A stretch of DNA of 64,000 nucleotides. Source: an uncultured Nitrososphaeraceae archaeon. Lineage in GTDB: Archaea > Thermoproteota > Nitrososphaeria > Nitrososphaerales > Nitrososphaeraceae. Of the stretch, positions 36,075-47,708 are shown piece by piece. The translations under genes and the position numbers were made by a program. The stretch covers positions 1 to 64,000 of the forward strand of contig CAVSMN010000010.1 in assembly GCA_963729045.1 (NCBI GenBank), in the 5' to 3' direction. Each line of letters begins with the position of its first letter. Position 1 is the first letter of the stretch. The notes beneath the pieces were generated by a model. It worked only from the letters and a program-made list of their open reading frames with translations, had not been told where the DNA came from and made no database searches.

Positions 36075-36882
36075 TCACTTATAGTGATTGATGCTAGTGT
36101 GTTCCTTTAAAACTTGTCTTGAGTCAAATGTTTGTCCACACGTTTCACAGGAAAAGGTTGCCTTTACATTTGTTGAACTTTCGTCTGAATTTCTTCCACT
36201 ATCAACTTCGAAACTATTCTGGCTACTTTGATTGACTGATGAACCTTCGCGTGTATGATTATCTGAATCTACCTTTGTCATTCCCCTCTTACGATATTCC
36301 TCTTGTGCTTCTGGCGTATCTGTACCAGTTTGTCCGCCTGAAGTAATTTGTTGATCATTGGGATCTCTCTTTACTGCTGTTGGTTCACCTGTGTTAATTT
36401 TAGCAGGAGTCATAGGTTCTTTATCTCTATACTCTTCTAAAGGATTGTCATTTCTACTTGTATCAGTACCAGGTCCGCCTTCTTCGTATATTCTATCTCC
36501 ACCAGAAGACTGTGCATGTCCGACAGAAGATGAAGCTATTGTATCTTTTGTCTTATTTGCGACATCTTTCGTAGTATCTACTACCTTGTCTTTAACATCA
36601 CCTAGCTTATCAGAGATACTGTCAAGAACTGATTCGCCGTAGTTCTCCCTTTTTTGTTCAAACATTTTAAGTTCGGATTCAGGTACTTTTCAACATTAAT
36701 TGTGTACCGTCATAGCCTTCAATCTTGGATTTCGGGATTGTGTATACATTTTCACTTACTTTATCTTTTTCTACTATAATTGAGTCATCTCTTTCACCAA
36801 TTATGTTTCCTACAATTTGACGATCTGATAAAACTACACCTTTTTTTGATACGATTAATTCTGAAAAATCTATATTTGACAC
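36075..36882 (-). CDS. PRC-barrel-like domain, LEA-like/hydrophilic region and C2H2 zinc finger (frameshift near 36680)
   Basis: N-terminal piece IVGNIIG..YTIPKSKIEGYDG, then VKDKVVDTTKDVANKTKD, ending CETCGQTFDSRQVLKEHTSINH. Confidence 0.7.
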
Positions 36883-37125
36883 GTTTAATTTGGTTCATAT
36901 AACTATATAAGGGTCATAATTTTTCAAATATTCATCAAAAATTAGATTTATCTCGATTAATATGGAAAATGACTGTTGCTAGTTACTACTTTTATATATT
37001 CTGCTCTACATTCATTACAAGCCCAGTATCTCAAATACAATCAGAGTATGCTACATTAGGTTGGACTCTAAAGTATTAGTAATCCTAATTATGGTACTAT
37101 ACAAACCATTTGCAACAATATAGTA

Positions 37126-37720
37126 ATGAAAAATCTTTCAAACATGTTTATGATTTTTCTAATCGCAGTTGGATTAGTAATAGTTCCTGTAATTAGTATG
37201 AATTCTGTAAATAGCGTGAATGCTCAAAATCAAAATCAAAATCAAACTTCGACACCAAATTCTCAAAATGATACAATGGCAACAATCACTGATAACCCTC
37301 AAACTACAATTGCAAATCAAACTACCATACCAGCAGAACAAACCACAGTTACTGTCAATCAAACGATTAACCCTATGGACCAATCTCAACTTCAACCACT
37401 TAGAATTCAGACAATAACATCTCAAACTGGAAACTTATCAAATATAGAAAATAAAACGGTAGTACAGACCACAGGTCCCGTCACTACTACTATTGCAAAC
37501 AAAACAACAGTACCGTTTAATCAAACTACTATGAGTATGGACAATATGACAAATTCCCAATCACAGGTATCCCCTTAACAGCAGCAGCAGCAATCGAGTA
37601 GTAATCAAACTGAAGGCGGATCATCGACTCAACAACAACAATCACCACCCCAAAATCAAAGTAAAGGACCGTTAGAACAACTTGGAGAATCCGTTAATAA
37701 AATGATAGTAGGCAGGGTTG
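37126..37720 (+). CDS. Secreted Q/T/N-rich repeat protein (premature TAA at 37576)
   Basis: Signal peptide and NQTTIPAEQTT / NKTTVPFNQTT repeats. After the TAA the frame continues to QNQSKGPLEQLGESVNKMI, as in the paralog at 45825. Confidence 0.75.
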
Positions 37721-38232
37721 ATATAGAAACTACTATCTCTCTTCGACATTTGTATTTTATTATAATCTTTCTTTTATGTAAATTTTATCCATAAATTAAA
37801 TAAATAAACCAATACCTGCGACAAATACCATGATAATATCATTAGATATTAGACAAATTGCTGATATGTTGATAATATGATTAACATATCTTGGGTCAAC
37901 GTTTATAGCGCCACCCTGTTGGGCGGCGTGGATATTTACGATTGAACCAAACTAATCGGTTAAATAGACAACCCTTATCACTCTTCTCGATAATGTTCAC
38001 ATTCTTAGCATTACAATAATATTGTTGCCAAGGATCCATACCAAGAGAACTATTCTATATTTATGGCTGAAAGCAAATCTAATAATCAGCCATTCTTTTT
38101 ACAATGTACAATAGAGATAACATGCAGACATAATGAGATAACAACAGACTCACAATCCTGAAAAATCCTGGACAACTTTTCTCAATGTTGTATCTGTTAT
38201 ATAACATGATGAACATCAGAATGTGAAAAAAA

Positions 38233-38493
38233 ATGAAGAAAATTTTAGTAATCGCGACTTTTGTTCTGTCATTTGTACTGACAGCATCACTAGTTAGCAA
38301 TTCAATAGTCCAGACGGCATTAGCTCAGGACTTATCCACTCTTAAAGATGAGGCAACAAACTTGCTGACAGGAAATGATAATAGCCAAAGAACAAATAAT
38401 AATTCAGCATCATCAACAACAAATAATTCTACTTCATCTGACTCATCCCTAACAGAAAAAGCAACTGGCTTAATAGGTGGATTATTAAAATAG
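38233..38493 (+). CDS. Small secreted low-complexity protein
   Basis: Signal peptide ending ALAQ, an N/S/T linker and amphipathic ends. Confidence 0.7.
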   Translation: MKKILVIATFVLSFVLTASLVSNSIVQTALAQDLSTLKDEATNLLTGNDNSQRTNNNSASSTTNNSTSSDSSLTEKATGLIGGLLK

Positions 38494-38889
38494 AAGACTA
38501 TCAAATCTAAAATAAAGTAAGTAAATATGCTACCTGATGAAGTTTCTCCTGAGGTACGAGATAGTCCATCTTGTTGTAAAAAGTATGATGGAAAAAACAA
38601 GAAGTAATTTGACAAGTCCTGTGGAGTTAGAGCAAGTTTACTTAGAGGCTTATAGGAGAGACACCAATAAAAAAATGTCCATTCAAATATAAAAATCCGC
38701 CGTCATGTAAGAGATATTTTACTTAGAAACGGCTATATTTTTGTTAATCCTGATGATGCAGAAGATGTATTCATCACGAAAAAAGCAATTGATCAATATG
38801 AGTTGATTAGGATGACTATATCTCTTGCCTGGTATTAAACACCAATTGATACCTGTGTTTATATAGTATATTGATTACGAATCCTTACA

Positions 38890-39518
38890 ATGTCTAAAAA
38901 CGATAAAAAAGAAATTAATGACCAAACTTCATCTTAGTTAACAAAAATATCGAGAAGCAGCAAGATATTTACCAAAGTAATCAAAGATTATATAATAGAA
39001 TTATAGAACAAAACAACGAATCACTTGAACAAGTTTTCGATGAGTCAAAAAAAAATATAGATGAAAGTATCAGAGAAGCAAGAAATCAGATTCCACGTTA
39101 TACTGAAACTGTTAATCAAGTTCAAGAACAAACACTTCAAGCTACTAAAGATATTGCAGAAAGCTATCTTGAATATCAAAGACAAACAATCGATTCTTTT
39201 CAATCAATATCTACCCCGTATATATACAATGTAAATAACCAATTATTGAATAACCAAGATTACTTTAGAAGAATACCAGAAATATACTCAAAATTAGTAA
39301 ATAATTATGCAGAAAATACAATAGCAATGAGTAGAATTTTTAATGATATGGCATTTTCTAATATTGAATTATTTAAAAATGTAGTTGATAACACAAAGAA
39401 ACAATCTAAACATCTTGCAGAAATAGGAAAAAGAAATGTATCAGCATATGAGAGAATCGAAAGAGACAGCAACGATGCATTATTATCAACTCAAAAAGAT
39501 CATCAGTCTAAAAATTAG
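38890..39518 (+). pseudogene. Alpha-helical (possibly phasin-like) protein with a broken 5' end
   Basis: ATG at 38890 with a TATA upstream, then an early stop/shift. A long open frame follows: FDESKKNIDESIREARNQIPRYT..IAESYLEYQ..IPEIYSKLVNNYAENTIA. Confidence 0.55.
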
Positions 39519-39878
39519 AAAAGAAAAATAAAATAATCTTTTCTTCTTTATTTCTATCAATATTTCATTTTTTTATAGTTTATAGGAATCTCTACTAAAT
39601 CTCATGAAATGGGGTAAATTGATCATCCAAGTCTGCTATTCTTCTGGATTACCATGAATTATGACTAATTGATAAACTATTCAATAATACGAAACAAGGA
39701 GGTTAGAAGCGTTACTATAAATAGATAGCTTCGTTCGGTGGGACAGCTTATGAAATTTCAGACTAGTCTGTAATTGGGAAAACCATCGCAGGTTGTACTT
39801 ATTTATCACTAATGGCTTATTTAAGCTATTTGAGAATATTTAGGATAACTTTATTATATTGCACGATATCCATAAGTC

Positions 39879-40071
39879 ATGACATTAAGTCTAAACTGTA
39901 AAGATGCAGGTGATCCTGTTTGCACTCATACGATGTATGGTGAAACTGAGGAAGAACTTTAGAGAATGCAAAAAAACACTTATAGAGGCTCACGGATATA
40001 CAGAAGAGACATTTAATGAACGAACCGGGAAAGACAAGGAGAACTTTAGAAAATTAATAAAAACTACTTAA
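39879..40071 (+). pseudogene. DUF1059-like small metal-binding protein (frameshifted)
   Basis: MTLSLNCKDAGDPVCTHTMYGETEEEL / ENAKKH / EAHG matches the C..C..H..H pattern of DUF1059. Confidence 0.7.
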
Positions 40072-40368
40072 CTTTTATGTCGCAATAATTTTTTTCAGAG
40101 ATAAGATCGAACCAATTCCTGTAAAATATGCAAGGACAAAATAAACTAATTAGTTTGTTTCTCCATCTTTCACAACACAATGATTCTATCAATTTGTAGT
40201 AATTTAATTACGATCGAATTTATGAGAATCTATTTTAGTTGCCCATTACTATATTGATTTCAATAATTATATGGAAAAATATTAATTTACTTTACAATCC
40301 TCATGCATAAGAACTGATTTATTATTTAAGACAACTTGTAACACTCGAACTAACTTTATATTGGAAGA

Positions 40369-40767
40369 CTATATCACTTCCTTAACCGAATTATCGTTTT
40401 CTACCTTGGTCATTCCTCTTTTTCGATATTCTTCTTGTGCTTCTGGAGTATCAGTCCCCGTTTGACCTTCTGCTGGTAATTATTTGGTCCGTTGAATCTC
40501 TTTTTACAGCCTTTGGTCCCTCCACTTTTAATTTAGCAGGAGTCATTGGTTCTTTATCTGAATATTCTGTTAATGGATCGCTTTTTCTGTTTGTGTTTGT
40601 GCCAGCTACACCTTCTTCATATTCTTTATCATTAGAGATTGTTGATGTTCTTAGTGATGAATCCACCGTATCCTTTGTTTTTTCGGCAACATCCTTTAGT
40701 AGTATCAACCACTGTATCCTTTGCGTCCTTTGACTTTTTCTTTGAGTTTGTCAATAATTTCTCCCAT
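40369..40767 (-). CDS. LEA-like hydrophilic protein, paralog of the 36075-36665 core (frameshifted)
   Basis: Shares KDTVVDTTKDVAEKTKD, YEEG..GT, PLxEYxDKEPMTPAK, AVKRD and TDTPEAQEEYRKRGMTKV. Confidence 0.7.
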
Positions 40768-41247
40768 TGATAATACAATTATTATTTAACATACTATAAA
40801 AACAGGGCTCAAATGGAGAGGGCTTTTTTTCAAAGGGTCAAAACAAAAACATTTTACTTAAGTTGTATGGATATAATGATTTCTAATTTATTATTTTAAA
40901 ACTATAATATGAAGTTGTTTCTGTAATCAGAATCAGTAATAAAGTTATTAAACTATTATTTACAGTATTTAGTAATAATACTAAACTAATACCCGTTACT
41001 ACGGCAATACTATCACCTAGTAAACTCTAGTATATATCTACAAAAGTATAATGATATTATATTATGAATCCAGATTTGATCTCGGTAGTAGGACAAAATC
41101 AAAATCAATACTATATTTTCTGACAGGAAATATAGTTAATTTATATAATCCGATAGTTTTTCTGAGATTTTCATGGTAATTATTATTCGGACTTCTTTGG
41201 TAGAAGTATTTTAAGTATGATATACTTTACTTTATGTATACAATAGA

Positions 41248-42460
41248 GTGGTTGCACATTTCAAAGTCTTAATGGTTTGTACCGAATATCCTCCCATGCA
41301 AGGTGGTGTTGGTCGCTATACTCACAACTTGGTTAAATCATTGCGCTCAAATAGTATAGACATCCTTGTTGTATCTAGTTCTGATGGTTCGGGAGACTAC
41401 AAAGGCATTTCACCACATAACAAGGACAATTCAGAGCTATTATTGAAATTAGTAAAAGAGATCAAGCCAGATATAGTACCATGTACAACACGAGTTCGGA
41501 CTGTATGGCTTTTTCTTAAATTCTCTACGACCTTCTAAATCATCAACAGGTCTTGACGAATTCTATGATAAATGTACGATCCCAATAGTAACCACATTTC
41601 ATACATCAATGTATTTTAAACAATGGATGCAATTAATAAACATAAAAGAAAAAGGTAATGATAATGACTATCTGAGATTTTACTCATTATATAAATACTG
41701 GCGACATTTTATTAATTATTCTTCTATGCATAGAATCAACAAATACCTTATGGCTAAGAGTGCTTATGGAATAGTTCTTTCAAATTACATGAGGGAACTC
41801 ATACCCGGAACAAAGGTGGTATATCATGGATCGGATCCATATTTCAAAACTGGCATTACACGCATTGAGGCGAGGAAGAAAATGCATCTTCCAGAGAAAG
41901 GAAAGCTTGCATTAGCTCAAGGATTCATTACCAATACTAAAGGATGGGATGTAATAAGAAAATTAAAAATGCCAAAGGATTGGAAGTTGGTGGTAAACTA
42001 TTCAAAGAACTTTTATAATAATGAAAAAATCAATTTTGAATATCATGACAATAAAGTGATTAATTTAAACAGAAGATACCTATCTGAAGAAGAACTCTCT
42101 TTATTGTTCTTTTCTTGTGATGTAGTATTCTTGCCCTACAAGGTGTGTTCTGGTTCAGGTATAATGTATGATGGCTTGGGACATGGACAACCGTTTGTGG
42201 CTTCTGATCTAGGTTTCTTTAAAGAGTTCTCAACACAAAATCTGGGTATTGTAACAAAGAGAGATCCTCATACATTCGAAAAGGCGTTTGAACAAATGGA
42301 TAAACAATACCTATTTTTCAAATCTAAAGTTAAAGACTTTCAAAAAAACTTACGCTGGGATAAAATAGCAGGACAACATATAACTATATACCAAAACATA
42401 ATAAAAGACGAAACACTAGAATCACAACCGGTAGAAATGATTCGTAAAAATAAGAGTTGA
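41248..42460 (+). CDS. GT4 family glycosyltransferase (frameshift near 41480)
   Basis: TEYPPMQGGVGRYT, IVTTFH, DVVFLPY and SG...PFVASDLGFFKE. Confidence 0.85.
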
Positions 42461-43352
42461 ACATACAGAATCATCCTGCCTTCAATTGTGAACTAATATA
42501 TGACAAGTAGAAAATCTCAGCTAAAGGGTTCTCTAAAAGAAACAGATGGGAACGTACGATACAGCAGGAATTCAGTGGGGTTCGAATCCATGAGGTATAT
42601 AGGACCTGTTATTTTAATAAATATTTGTAAATAAGAGTGGCTTAGTAATAGATGGATCATGGGTCTGTATTTTCAAAATATTCTTCGTTTAAATGTAATA
42701 TTTTCTCACTCTGTTAAACACAATAACTATGAAACTATCATACTGTCTGATTTAATGAAACTTGTCTAACAATCCCGAATTTTATCTACAGGGATCTACT
42801 TCATTTTATGGCATTATATGTTGGTTTTTTTAGAACTGGATTCAAAATACTGTCGTCATCATCTTCCGATCAATCAACGAATGGAAATAAAGGATATGTT
42901 GGAATATTATCGTCATCATACACATCTACTATCACTTACCTGATTTGTCAAATTGATATGCTTGTTTTTGGGATAGAATTATACTCCTTTTGTTACTTCA
43001 TACGCGTACAAATGGGCGACTGGAATATTGGGACAATACTTTTCAAAATACAATGACAATGATTCTAAATGTTGTTCATATATTATCTAATTATAACGGT
43101 TTTCTACTTCAAGTAATTTTTTAAACATATAAAATAATTTTTTCAAATCTTTAAATTTGAATAAATGATATAAAGCCAGACGGAAATGTGATAATACGGA
43201 TTGACATATTGATATATGCATTAATTCCAAACCGTAAAGAAATATCTCATATTTTTATTACTAATTGAATATATACACTATTAATAAACTATCATGAACA
43301 ATCAACTCAATGGTGAGGAAATCTAATTTCACCTAATGATTATGGCCAATTA

Positions 43353-43905
43353 ATGAATGCGAGAGAAGCAGCAGAGACTATTTCACAAAGTGAATATGGA
43401 CTGCATTGTTTACTAATTTATCGTGATCTTACTACTCTAAGAGAATTTTATTCTAATTATGTTCAAAAACAAATCAATGATAATGAAATGATTCAAATTA
43501 TGCCATTTTATGAAACAGAGAACTCTGTTAGAGAAATACTGTCAAAGAATTGGACCGCCGATCTTCATATGGTCCAAGAGGAGGAAAAATCATTGATCAT
43601 CGTTGATTCTTTAAGAGGATATCTTGATCATGATAATGTCGAATCCATTTGGAAAAATATTGAAGAAAGGGTCAACTATGCTAAAGAATTAGGTAAAAAG
43701 GGAATTTCCATATTAGGTGATGCGGGATGCATTTCTCTTTAAACATAAAATACAAAGTCTTTTGGATTACGAATGCTATTTGCCATTAAAATTTGAGAAT
43801 AATCTTAAGGGCATTTGCATGTATCATCAAAAGGATTTTAACAAGATATCCAAAGACTTTCAACAAAAAATAATAGATAGTCATTCAAAGACTATAGTGA
43901 TATAA
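43353..43905 (+). CDS. MEDS domain sensor protein (frameshift near 43730)
   Basis: GLHCLLIYRD, ISILGD and LLDYE..GICMYHQKDF..H. Confidence 0.75.
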
Positions 43906-43961
43906 ACAAGCCAACCAACCAATATCCTGATTTCTTATTTTTATTCTACTATAGTGTGCGC

Positions 43962-44341
43962 TTATAGAGATTCATTGAGCATTAGTCTCAAATCAGAAAA
44001 ACGGACGGGTTTTTGAATTAGTATATCTATTTTTGCCTTTTTAAAATCCTCGTTATTTTTTAAATCCACTATATCAAAAGCAGTCATCAAGAAAATTTTT
44101 ACTTTATTATTCATCTGTCTTATATTTTTTGCAAGATCTATTCCACAGATATCGGGCTTTCTCAAGTCCGTTACTATCAATGAATGTTTATCGGAAGTTT
44201 GCTTAAAATATTCAAAAGCCAAAACCGGGTCGGTGAAAGAGATTACATTGTACCCTTCGTTTCTCAAAAATCTTTGAAAAGAGTTACAAGTTCTAGTTCA
44301 TCATCCACTATAAGGATGGAATGTGGAGATAACTTTGACAA
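43962..44341 (-). CDS. Stand-alone response regulator receiver (frameshift near 44270)
   Basis: ILIVDDE, LIVTDLRKP, FLMTA and IQKP. Confidence 0.85.
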
Positions 44342-45430
44342 TAGGTATTGCTTTTATCAAAAATATTTAACTTTATCGAAATTATAGTCTTGCTCATATA
44401 ATTCTTGAATATAAGGGCACATAAATGAAGCTCAAATCCTATTTTAAAGCATTCATGATCATTACTTATATGAATCTCAAAAATATACAAACAATCTCCT
44501 TATCTTTAGTAAATTTCACTCATCAAGTGACTCTATCTTATTATTATAGAATTGTGATCAAGGCATAAATTTACTACAGTAATATAAAAATTAATAAAAG
44601 CCGAATTTTTCCTATTTTAATTCTTTTAACATATTTAATTAAGCTAATTCCCAGACGGCAAATGGATTCTATCAAAAATTTTACTCGATACAACACTTTA
44701 ACAAGATCTTTCAAATCATTTCCTTTAGCCTGATATTCTTTGCAAATTTATACCTGTGTATTAACCTATATTGACCAACTATTTTTGATGATAATTCATA
44801 TAATTTTACTAATATTGACTGTATCTTTCTCAACAGATGGCCTTGGCACAATTTATGCCCATCAAAACATTTCTGAAGAAATTTATAAGATGTTCGGTAA
44901 TTTGACACCGGATTATCTTGGATTCAAAAATTTCTCGTATGAACGACCTGGCGGTTTCTCAATAAGTTCCATGCCAAGCATCAATACAAGTAACAATTCA
45001 ATAACTGGTACACAATGATATTGGTCAAAGTTAGATGGACAAAGTTATTTTCTAGTAATTGAACATTTGTCAAAAAATTGTAAAAAAGAGCATCATTGTG
45101 AGAAAGCTAAAATTTTTCTGATATTTTTTAAAATACTAAACGCAGCTGCCTGACCACATAGAGATACTCAAATCTTTGTTTTTAAGGTTTGGAAAGGAGA
45201 GGCATCAAATAAGAAAATGTTTTCACATATCTTTATATTAATAACATTTACGACCAAAGAATAAAAATTAAATCTTAATAAATATTACTTGATGTTTTTC
45301 TAAAATATTATGGTTGATTCGTTCACTAAGAATTCGTAAGTCTGTTTATCATGTTGATATCTCATAAGGATTGTACTTTTATATCTCTGTCCAGATGGAA
45401 ACACAACTAATTATAATGATGTCTTCTAAC

Positions 45431-45494
45431 CAGAGATGAGGAATAGGGAAAAGCTGATGCACCTAACATATGAACATCTTATTCCTCATCTCTG
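45431..45494. repeat. Perfect 15-bp inverted repeat with 34-nt spacer
   Basis: CAGAGATGAGGAATA ... TATTCCTCATCTCTG. Confidence 0.85.
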
Positions 45495-45824
45495 AGTAAT
45501 GTAGTTGTCCCTTCGAGTCTTGTAGAGGTAAATATCTAGGTTTAAGATAGTATTTAATGACAATAATAAAACAGAATACATAGGGAAGAGGCAACAACAA
45601 CACAACCTCGTTAAGTTGGTATATGGACTAATATTTACCTCAATCCCACAATGAAATCCGCTGCTTGTATTCTAATATAAAATGTATACGATAGTTTATA
45701 ACCATAATAAAGTGAGATAGAGAAACTGTAGCCACAGATTGGATTCCATATTCTTACTGTTAAACCATCTGTAGTGATGTGCTAATTTATTAGCTATTTA
45801 AGTAATAAAACATAAGACCAGATA

Positions 45825-46399
45825 ATGATAAGATCAAGTATACTTACTCTCTGTGCTATTGCACTTTTTGCTAGTCTTGTATTCACAGGAATAGTTTATG
45901 CACAAAACCAAACCCAAAACCAGACATCGTCTCAGGCTGCATCACAAAACGAAACTATGGCCACTGTGACTGACAAACCTCAAACGGTAATAGCAAACCA
46001 AACTACTGTTCCGGCTGAGCAAACAACAGTAACAGTTAATCAAACAACTGAACCAATTAAAGATCAATCTCAATTACAACCACTACAAAACCAGACTATA
46101 TCTTCTCAAACTGGAAATCTATCTAATATAGAGAATAAGACAATGGTACAACCAACTGGACCTGCAACCACAGTTATAGCGAATAAGACAACAGTCCCAT
46201 TCAATCAAACTACTATAGGTATGGATAACACAACCAATTCACAAACACCATCAGCAGGACAAGCTCAACAACAACAAGCTCAACAACAAAATCAATCAGG
46301 ACAACTCAACAACAACAAGCTCAACAACAAAATCAATCTAAAGGTCCTATAGAACAAATGGGAGAGTCTTTAAACAAGATGATAGGCGGAGGCAAATAA
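45825..46399 (+). CDS. Secreted Q/T/N-rich repeat protein (frameshift in the Gln repeat)
   Basis: Paralog of 37126. The corrected frame ends QNQSKGPIEQMGESLNKMIGGGK*. Confidence 0.8.
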
Positions 46400-46887
46400 T
46401 CTTATACTTATTTCTTACAATTCGTTAGCATTTATTCAATACCGTTTTTCATTATTTCATCAATTTGTAAACAATTAATTATATTAGTTAAGTTGGCAAT
46501 TTGCACGCACTAGGAGAAGAGCGAAGATGATGTTATACATCAAATTTCATGCTATCGACTATAATGTAGAGATGGAAAATAATCAGAATAACTCAAAAAT
46601 CGACTTGTCCATATAGAATTAGACTAATTGAATATCAAGTAACAGAACAAGGCTTGCTATCTGAAATAGATGCAATAATATTTGATGTTTGGAAAATGTA
46701 TGAATTCATAATAGTCAGACAATTAATTGTTACCCGCGTCAATCAACTACATGGGATGTGTAAATTCAACAGCGATTAACGATGTTTATAGTATTTTCTA
46801 ATTTCTGCATGATATTACCAACAGATACATCATCCCGATAACTGATAGTACATGTATATAAACTATTATTAATAAAGTTTCTTGGAT

Positions 46888-47055
46888 ATGCTTGGAACAC
46901 TTTGGACAATTATTTTGATTATAATAGCAATTATCGTCATAGTACTGTTACTACGGTTTCTTTTTGGAATATTAGTTATAGCTCCTGTAGGGATGGAATT
47001 CGTTAAACCTGGCACAACTACCGATATAGCATGGTCAATAGTTAATGGCATCTAG
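46888..47055 (+). CDS. 55-aa small membrane protein (below the ORF-track cutoff)
   Basis: MLGTLWTIILIIIAIIVIVLLLRFLFGILVIAPVG..., with TATATAAA ~33 nt upstream. Confidence 0.65.
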   Translation: MLGTLWTIILIIIAIIVIVLLLRFLFGILVIAPVGMEFVKPGTTTDIAWSIVNGI

Positions 47056-47629
47056 TTAGTTGACGAAATGGCACCTGGGTTAGAACACCTATTGTAGAAT
47101 GTTACTAAGATTAAATGGTTATAACATACCGTATTTTGTATTCTATTTGCCATCATAGTAAATAGTGTTATCGGGTTCATTATCTCGATGATTGTCGATA
47201 AATATTATTAGCATTATATTAGATCTAGAGATGAAATGATTCTTCTTAAAAAATATACAAGCAAATGAAATAGGACCATAGCATTCAGCTCTGTCCTACG
47301 GGAAACCCGTCGACATCAAGTAAATTTCACGGTGTTCTCGATAGGGCATTAAGAAAAAGATATATCAATTAGGAAAAATTTTTCAATGTCTTTCATCACG
47401 CAAGAATTGCGATAACAGAATTGATACATGAGCCTATAATTACAGTAATAATAAAATATCAAATATTGTAAAAGATGTGAATAAGTAGGAATAACAAATC
47501 ATCTTTGTTAATTACCCTCTCGTGGTAATTTGATATATAAAATAAAACCTTTTTTCAAACTAATACAACCTCGGTGATTAAGGGAGTGATTGTATGTCCC
47601 TTCAAGTTTTATTAGAAACTTTTATCTAG

Positions 47630-47659
47630 AGTATTACCCTTTATAGTATTACCCTTTAT
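47630..47659 (+). promoter_or_regulatory. 15-bp tandem direct repeat upstream of the YsnF-like gene
   Basis: AGTATTACCCTTTAT twice. A related palindrome AATTACC-N7-GGTAATT lies at 47510-47530. Confidence 0.4.
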
Positions 47660-47708
47660 ATTATACTACCTTATTTATCTATTTATAGCATGTTATATTA
47701 AATATTTT

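Noticed and set aside
42570..42592. GTGGGGTTCGAATCCA, a T-loop-like sequence
   Set aside because: No acceptor, D or anticodon arm, and an imperfect T stem. At most a tRNA scrap.
42808..45018. ORFs 42808-43056 and 44740-45018
   Set aside because: Possibly gene fragments, but there is no recognisable homology or clear start.
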